Source: Eledone cirrhosa (taxonomy: Eukaryota). From it: a stretch of 64,000 nucleotides of DNA. Positions 56,976-64,000 of this stretch are shown here, one piece after another. The stretch's first letter is position 1, and the number at the start of each line of letters is the position of its first letter. Location of the stretch: contig CAXHJY010001027.1 of NCBI GenBank assembly GCA_964016885.1, forward strand, positions 31,118 through 95,117, written 5' to 3'. The notes under the pieces are model-generated. The model was not told the origin of the DNA. It saw only the letters and a program-made list of their open reading frames with translations, and searched no databases. The position numbers were made by a program, and so were the translations under genes.

Positions 56976-58108
56976 AAGACATCAGATAGAATGATTTGCA
57001 GTTTTCATTCCAAGTCTCAGCATTCTGAGATTCTGAATTCAAAATCTGTTGTTAGGGTAAACTTTGCAGTTCATCTTTTCAACGTCAATAAAAAAAAAAG
57101 TACCAGTCTAATACTGGGGTCGATTCTTCCTCTATATTTCTTTCTCATTTCCTCTCTCACCTTCTATCTTTCTCCAGAAGAAATCTGCTGTATTCAGACC
57201 TGGAGAGGGATGGCTCCTTTGGGCCCCGTCAGGCTTAAAATGCCCAAATAAAGTATGTTAATATGGTGCCCCGTACAACTTCATCAGGAATTACAGAGCC
57301 ACACCATAGTTTCTTTTTTATTCTTGTTTACCTCCCTTGATTTTTATCTCTTCCCAAAACCCACTCTTCCCTTTTTTTTCCTATTTATCGATGAAGGACT
57401 GTCATCCAAAACGTCAAGACACTTTTCCAACTACATCAAGCTTTAGACAAATATACCATCATTGTATTGTATATTATTGTTCTTCACAACACATATACAC
57501 ACACACAACACACACACAACACACACATATATACACATACGATCCTGTCACATTATGTCATCTAATTACAGTCAATTCTTTAGTGTGAAGGGGTGGGGCA
57601 GAGGGGTTCCTGTCTATTTAACTTAGGAAACTATAATATAATGTGATATACCTTAACTTTAACTGACCCCTTTCTAATCTACATTTCAGACAATATATAG
57701 ACAAGTTGGTAAAGAGACCCCTATAAATGCCTCCCCCCCCCCCCCCGGGGTCCCTGAGGTCGTGTGAGATTCTGCTAGGAAATGTCAGTTATCTCCCCTT
57801 TATATGTGACACCAGATATATCTTGACTAACCTTTTGTTTATTATAGTAAAGCGAGGCAGGTTTTAGGGTCACAGGGTTTTAAAGGCATTTAAATAACAT
57901 CATCATCATCAGCTATTATTGCAGGTTTGTAAAGCTCTGCCAATATGGCTGGCGCTCTCTCTCTCTCGCTTTCTCTGACTGTCTCTCTCTCTTTCTCTCT
58001 CTCTGTCATTTCTCCTTTTCACACTCTTCTGTTGTGGGGGGGGGGGGGGTGCTGATGGAGTCTTAATGTAAATACATATGTATGTATAATATATATGTAT
58101 GTATATAC

Positions 58109-58211
<103 letters not shown>

Positions 58212-58250
58212 CACATATATATATACAATATATATATATATATTATATAC

Positions 58251-58309
<59 letters not shown>

Positions 58310-60158
58310 CATATATATACATATAAATATACATATATAGATACATATATATATATATATGAATATATATATATTATACATATATATATGTATATATATA
58401 TACATATATATGTATAATATATGTATATATATATATACATAAATATATACACACTGATAAACAAGTGTCGGTATAATCTATATAGATATATTTCCAGAAA
58501 ATTGTTTGTTTAATTATATTCCAGTTGTGTATATAAAGTCTTTGATGTCATGTATGTATATTCTACATCTTTTTTTATTTGTATTCCCAGGATTTAGCAA
58601 CATAAATCAATGTTGTCTTTTATCTTCTTTCAGACCCTTAAAAGGGTTTCTTCTTGTTTTGTTTTGTTTTCTCCCCCCCCCCCCCCCCCCCCTTGATACT
58701 TTGACTATTTTTCCTCCATTATTTTTTCCTCACAAATAAACAGAATAGAATGGAATCTTGTTACAAGAAGGTGGAATATTATGATTTTGATCATCATCAT
58801 TATCATCACCACCGCCACCGCCACTGTCACCGTCACCATCACCACCACCACCACCATCATCACCATCACCACATCACCACCACCATCATCACCACCATCA
58901 TCACCACCACCGTCACCACCACCACCACACACCGTCACCACCATCACCACCGCCACTGTCACCGTCACCGTCACCACCATCACCACCATCACCACTGTCA
59001 ACATCACCACCACCATCACCACCACCACCATCATCAGCACCATCAGCACCATCACCACCACCACCATCACCACCACCACCATCATCAGCACCATCAGCAC
59101 CATCACCACCACCACCACCACCATCATCAGCACCATCAGCACCATCACCACCACCACCATCATCACCACCATCACTACCACCACCATCATCACCACCATC
59201 ACTACCACCACCATCATCACCACCACCACCATCATCACCACCACCACCACCACCACCACCACATGTTCCAACAGAATGTAATCTCCCAGTGTTTCCAGCA
59301 GTAAATTCCAACCAAACCTGCTTCCCACGAGAACTGTTTTGAGAGATAATCATTGATGTGGGGGGGAGGGGGGTTACTACAGGTGATGAGGGGGGTGGTG
59401 GTGTTGGTGGTGGGGTAGTGTCAGTTAGTGGGGTTACTAGTGAGGGACTGCAAGGGAATGTTTGAGAACCTATTTCAAATTAGGTCTCCACCCTTCATAT
59501 CAAAACTGACTTTCAATATATATATATATATACATTATAGGAAAATGTATGACCCCGACGGCAGAGCTCAAGCCGTTTCGACGGCTTATTTCTGGACCCC
59601 TACATTATATATATGTGTGTGTGTGTGTGTGTGTTTGTTTTATGTACATAAGAGAGGCAGTGTCTCTGTATGTATGTAAGAAAGAATATATGATTGTGTG
59701 TGTGTGTGTGTATGTATGTATGAGTGACTGTGTGTGTGTGTGTGTGTGTGTGTATGTATGAGTGACTGTGTGTGTGTATGTGTGTGTGTGTGTGTGTGTG
59801 TCAATGTGTGTTTGTATAGAAATATTATGAAACTTTATTTATAGTTAAAATCAAACCAGCTGACTCAGCTAAACAGGAAGGGTACCGAGTCTTCTAGGTA
59901 CAGGTGGTGGTGGTGGTGGTGGTGGTGGTGGTGGTGGTGGTGGTGGTGGTAAAGGTGTGTGGTGGTGGCTGTGGTGGTGGTGGTGGTGGTGGTGTGGTGG
60001 TGGTGGTGGTAGATGTGGTAGTGATGTGTGGTGGTGGTGGTGGTGGATACAGAAAAAGGTATTTAGATAAATCAGTCTCTCTCTCTACATATATATGTAT
60101 ACATATATATATATATATACATACATATATATATACATATATATATATATATACATAC

Positions 60159-60206
<48 letters not shown>

Positions 60207-60248
60207 TATATATTATATATATACATATATATATATATATACATATAT

Positions 60249-60607
60249 GTAGGAGGTGAGTTTTATTGTAGTACAATAAAGCAATGCAGATATCGGATAA
60301 GAAGCACTCTACAGTTTGTGGGACTGGAGTATGCATAATATAAGATCAAAAGATGGTTAAAGAGTTCCATATATTTTATTATGCGCATTTCAAAAACAAA
60401 CACCATCAAGCAATAATATTTGTGTTTTCATCAGATAAAACAGGAGAACATGATATGAAGGGCTAAAAGTGTTTTTTAGCCTTCATATCATGTTCTCCTG
60501 TTTTATCTGATGAAAACACAAATATTATTGCTTGATGATGTTTGTTTTTGAAATGCGCATAATAAAATATATGGAACTCCTTTAACCATCTTTTGATCTT
60601 ATATTAT
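60249..60607 (-). mobile_element. Palindromic micro-element, family B (long arms)
   Basis: Palindrome 60335-60607 centred near 60471. Tail and outer arm end match 34658-34820. The arm contains TTGATGA...GAAATGCGCATA-ATAAA, a degenerate hammerhead-like motif. Confidence 0.85.
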
Positions 60608-60608
60608 A

Positions 60609-60639
<31 letters not shown>

Positions 60640-60640
<1 letters not shown>

Positions 60641-60833
60641 ACGAAGGAAATGTGGTAAGGAACCAGGTAGACCATAACGCACCAAAGTACTCAATACTTA
60701 GGGTAGTAGAGTGGGTAATAGGAACAAGTAGGACTCCGATGGCTGGGCTCAAGCCGTTTCGACGGGCTAGTTCAGTCCAGAATTAGCCGTCGAAACGGCT
60801 TGAGCTCAGCCGTCGGGGTCCTACTCGTTCCTA
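60640..60833 (-). mobile_element. Palindromic micro-element, family A
   Basis: Homologous to 33354-33548 with the same arm end (..TCCTA) and tail; (TA)n flanks. Confidence 0.85.
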
Positions 60834-60943
60834 GATATATATTATATATATATATATATATATAGTCTACGGTGCTGAGACCAGGAAGACCACCAATCAA
60901 GGGAATACTCAATGCATGAGGATATACTGTGTGGGTGTAGAGG

Positions 60944-60974
<31 letters not shown>

Positions 60975-61029
60975 ATATATATATATATGTGTGTGTGTGT
61001 GTATATATATATGTGTGTGTGTGTGTGTG

Positions 61030-61067
<38 letters not shown>

Positions 61068-61307
61068 ATACAATCAACAGTGTGTGTTTGTCACTGAAAC
61101 AGGAAAAATCATGGCACGAAAGTGGTAGACAAAGTAATAATAATAATAATAACAATACTGCTACTGAGGAGGAGCGGGGTGAGAGAGGTGGTGGTGTGGG
61201 TAGTAGTGGCAGTGTGTTCATATTAAGCTGATGGCACTAGTGACAGTTCTATCTTGTCTAAGACAGAGTGAGATAAAGTACAAGTTTTACTTTATATACA
61301 TATATAT

Positions 61308-61355
<48 letters not shown>

Positions 61356-61386
61356 GTATGTATATATATAGACATATATATGCATG

Positions 61387-61427
<41 letters not shown>

Positions 61428-61779
61428 ATATATAGAGATTATATATATGTATATATATATAGACATATATATATATATATGTATATATATATATGTATAT
61501 ATATAGATATTTATGTATATACATATTATATATATGTATATATATATATATATAATATATATATTAGTATGTATATATATAGACATATATATATAAATGT
61601 ATGTATATATATAGACATATATATATATATGTATGTATATATATAGCATATATATGTATGTATATATATAGACATATATATATGTATGTATATATATATT
61701 AGACATATATATGCATGCTATGTATATATATATATATATATAATATATATGTATGAATATATATAGACATATATATATG

Positions 61780-61817
<38 letters not shown>

Positions 61818-61882
61818 TAGACATATATAAATATATGTATGTATATATATAGCCATATATATATGTGATGTATATAGACAAT

Positions 61883-61936
<54 letters not shown>

Positions 61937-61949
61937 GTATATATATATA

Positions 61950-62012
<63 letters not shown>

Positions 62013-62313
62013 GTATATATATATAGATATATATATATATATATGTATCTATATACATACTCATACACACACACATACATATATTTTTTTTGTACTGGCT
62101 CTTTTATGATTGAGCTAATCCATTCAAAAGACATTTCTAAAGAAGATGAAGAAAGAGACGAAGGAGGAGGTGTGTGTATCGGTGTAGCGGGAGTTGATTT
62201 CAATAAATCTGTGTAAACAGACCTCAGCAGTTTTGTGTGTGACTGTGAAACATGGGAGGTGAGAGTATGTCAATAGACAAATATATATTAAAGAATAGGA
62301 CTCTCTCTCTCTC

Positions 62314-62368
<55 letters not shown>

Positions 62369-62586
62369 TCATGTATGTATATATATATAGTATATATGTG
62401 TGTGTATATATGTATAACTATGTATGTGTATATATATAATATATATATATGTATGTACATAGGAAATGAGTCAGGACCCCGACGGCTGAGCTCCAGCCAT
62501 TTCGACAGTTAGATCCGATATATATATATATAATAAGTTGACAGAACTAGCATGGGTTTCACTGCTAGAACCGGTTGCATCTCAGC

Positions 62587-62614
<28 letters not shown>

Positions 62615-62618
<4 letters not shown>

Positions 62619-63074
62619 GTAATAATAATAAATGTGAAGACTAAAATCCAAAGAAGGCGCGATAAGAATAAATATATATCAAATATATAAGAACCCTAGA
62701 GCAAATATTGTTTTTTTTTAGTTTCAGAAGATCCTGTTAAGGGTGAAAGCAGCAATTCTTTCCTTAAACTTTAACCTGTTATTTTAATAAATATATAAGA
62801 CCCTCTTCGTGCTATATCAAGCGTTAACCTAATATATACCTTCCATATACTGTAGCGATTGTGTTATTTCTGTTTACCTTTTACATATATATATTTTCTT
62901 TTTTTTCATTTGTTTTTTATTAAAATAACAGATTAAAGTTTAAGGAAAGAATCGTTGCTTTCACCCTAACAGGATCTTCTGAAACTATTATTTGCTCTAG
63001 GGTTCTCATATATTTGATATATATTTATCATTATCGAGTCCTCTTTGGATTTTAGTCTTCACATTTATCATTAT

Positions 63075-63081
<7 letters not shown>
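62615..63081. mobile_element. Two family-C copies in inverted orientation (62615-62796 and 62917-63081) around a fragment of family G
   Basis: The second copy is a close but imperfect reverse complement of the first. Each consists of one arm inverted relative to the tail. Confidence 0.8.
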
Positions 63082-63134
<53 letters not shown>

Positions 63135-63136
<2 letters not shown>

Positions 63137-63328
63137 CAAGGGAATTGTGGTAAGGAACCAGATGAACCATAATGCAACAGAGTATTCAATACTTAGGGTA
63201 GTAGAGTGGGAAATAGGAAAAAGTATGACCCCGACGGCAGAACTCAAGCCGTTTCGACGGCTATTTCTAGTCCAGAAATAGCCGTCGAAACGGCTTGAGC
63301 TCTGCCGTCGGGGTAATAGTTTTTCATA
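63135..63328 (-). mobile_element. Palindromic micro-element, family A
   Basis: Homologous to 33354-33548; (TA)n flanks. Single-arm relatives lie at ~4168-4225, 59537-59600 and 62459-62518, and a tail-end fragment at ~24770-24789. Confidence 0.85.
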
Positions 63329-63372
63329 TATATATATATATATATATATTATATAAATTTCGTTTCTGAATT

Positions 63373-64000
63373 TTGGACCATACCAAAATCAACATACTGA
63401 TTGCGGATTTGGTACGGGTGATGAGAAACGTGTCCCGTATGTGCAACCCCGAAGAACTAGAGAGACACATACAACACTTCATCCACCGTATGCGGTTCTC
63501 TGGTTACAATCAGAGAGATAAAATCAGAGTGTATAGAGGAGAAAGAACCAAATGGGAAGAAAATGGGAAATAACGACACAAATGGGACCTGCCCCTTGTA
63601 TAGTAGCAAATTTTGGAATAGAATAGAAAGAACTAGGATAAGGCCAATAGAATAAACTCATGGTATGATAGCAATAAATACCAGAGTGTAATGTTCATCG
63701 ATACAAACCCCTAGAGGTGAATTAGCTTACAAATTTAGAAGGGCCCTAGATAAACATAAACTCAATATTAAGATAGTAGAAAAGACCAGGTACCTCCATA
63801 AAAAACACTTATTAGCAAGACATACCCTTTTCAAAGACCTCCCTGTATAGATAAGAAAATGTATAATCTGTAAATTAAGCCCCCATATTAACTGTAAAAC
63901 TAGAAATGTAGTATATAGCATAAGATGTACTGAAGGACAATGTAGAGACAAAAATATAGTGTACATAGGTGAGACAGCTCGTAGTATAGGGGAACGGATA
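63373..64000 (+). pseudogene. Penelope-like retroelement (PLE) remnant: RT C-terminal region, linker and start of GIY-YIG endonuclease; frameshifted, runs off the window
   Basis: Across frames: KINILIADLVRVMRNVS...HFIHRMRFSGY; GTCPLYSSKFWNRIER; SWYDSNKYQSVMFID; GELAYKFRRALDKHKLNIKIVEK; and from ~63857 KCIICKLSPHINCKTRNVVYSIRCTEGQCRDKNIVYIGETARSIGERI. The last segment has the Cys-rich linker and VVY...YIGET.R GIY-YIG motif typical of PLEs. The linker resembles the Naiad-type clade (from memory, unverified). Confidence 0.88.

Overview
Extremely repeat-rich, AT-rich animal genomic DNA, most consistent with a coleoid cephalopod such as Octopus (inferred from microsatellite density and SINE types, not proven). 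No host protein-coding exon is recognisable, and almost all listed ORFs are artefacts of microsatellites or minisatellites. Real coding remnants are a 5'-truncated Tx1/L1-clade retrotransposon ORF2 (RT plus CCHC knuckle, ~48950-50900), a frameshifted Penelope-like element (RT C-terminus plus GIY-YIG, ~63370-64000) and short RTE-type LINE 3' ends. The window also holds two tRNA-derived SINE families, piggyBac- and Tc1/mariner-type MITEs, and many tandem arrays. The most striking signal is a set of at least six sequence-unrelated families of tiny (160-460 bp) elements, almost all sitting in (TA)n. They share one design: a palindrome (inverted arm plus arm), often with a minimal hammerhead-ribozyme motif, and a one-sided 65-90 bp tail. 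In five families the tail begins with the same bulged hairpin, ACTC-[stem-loop]-2 nt-GAGT(A/G)C, within ~6 nt of where the inverted arm stops. These look like non-autonomous, TA-targeted Penelope-type micro-elements with a conserved structural cis-signal.
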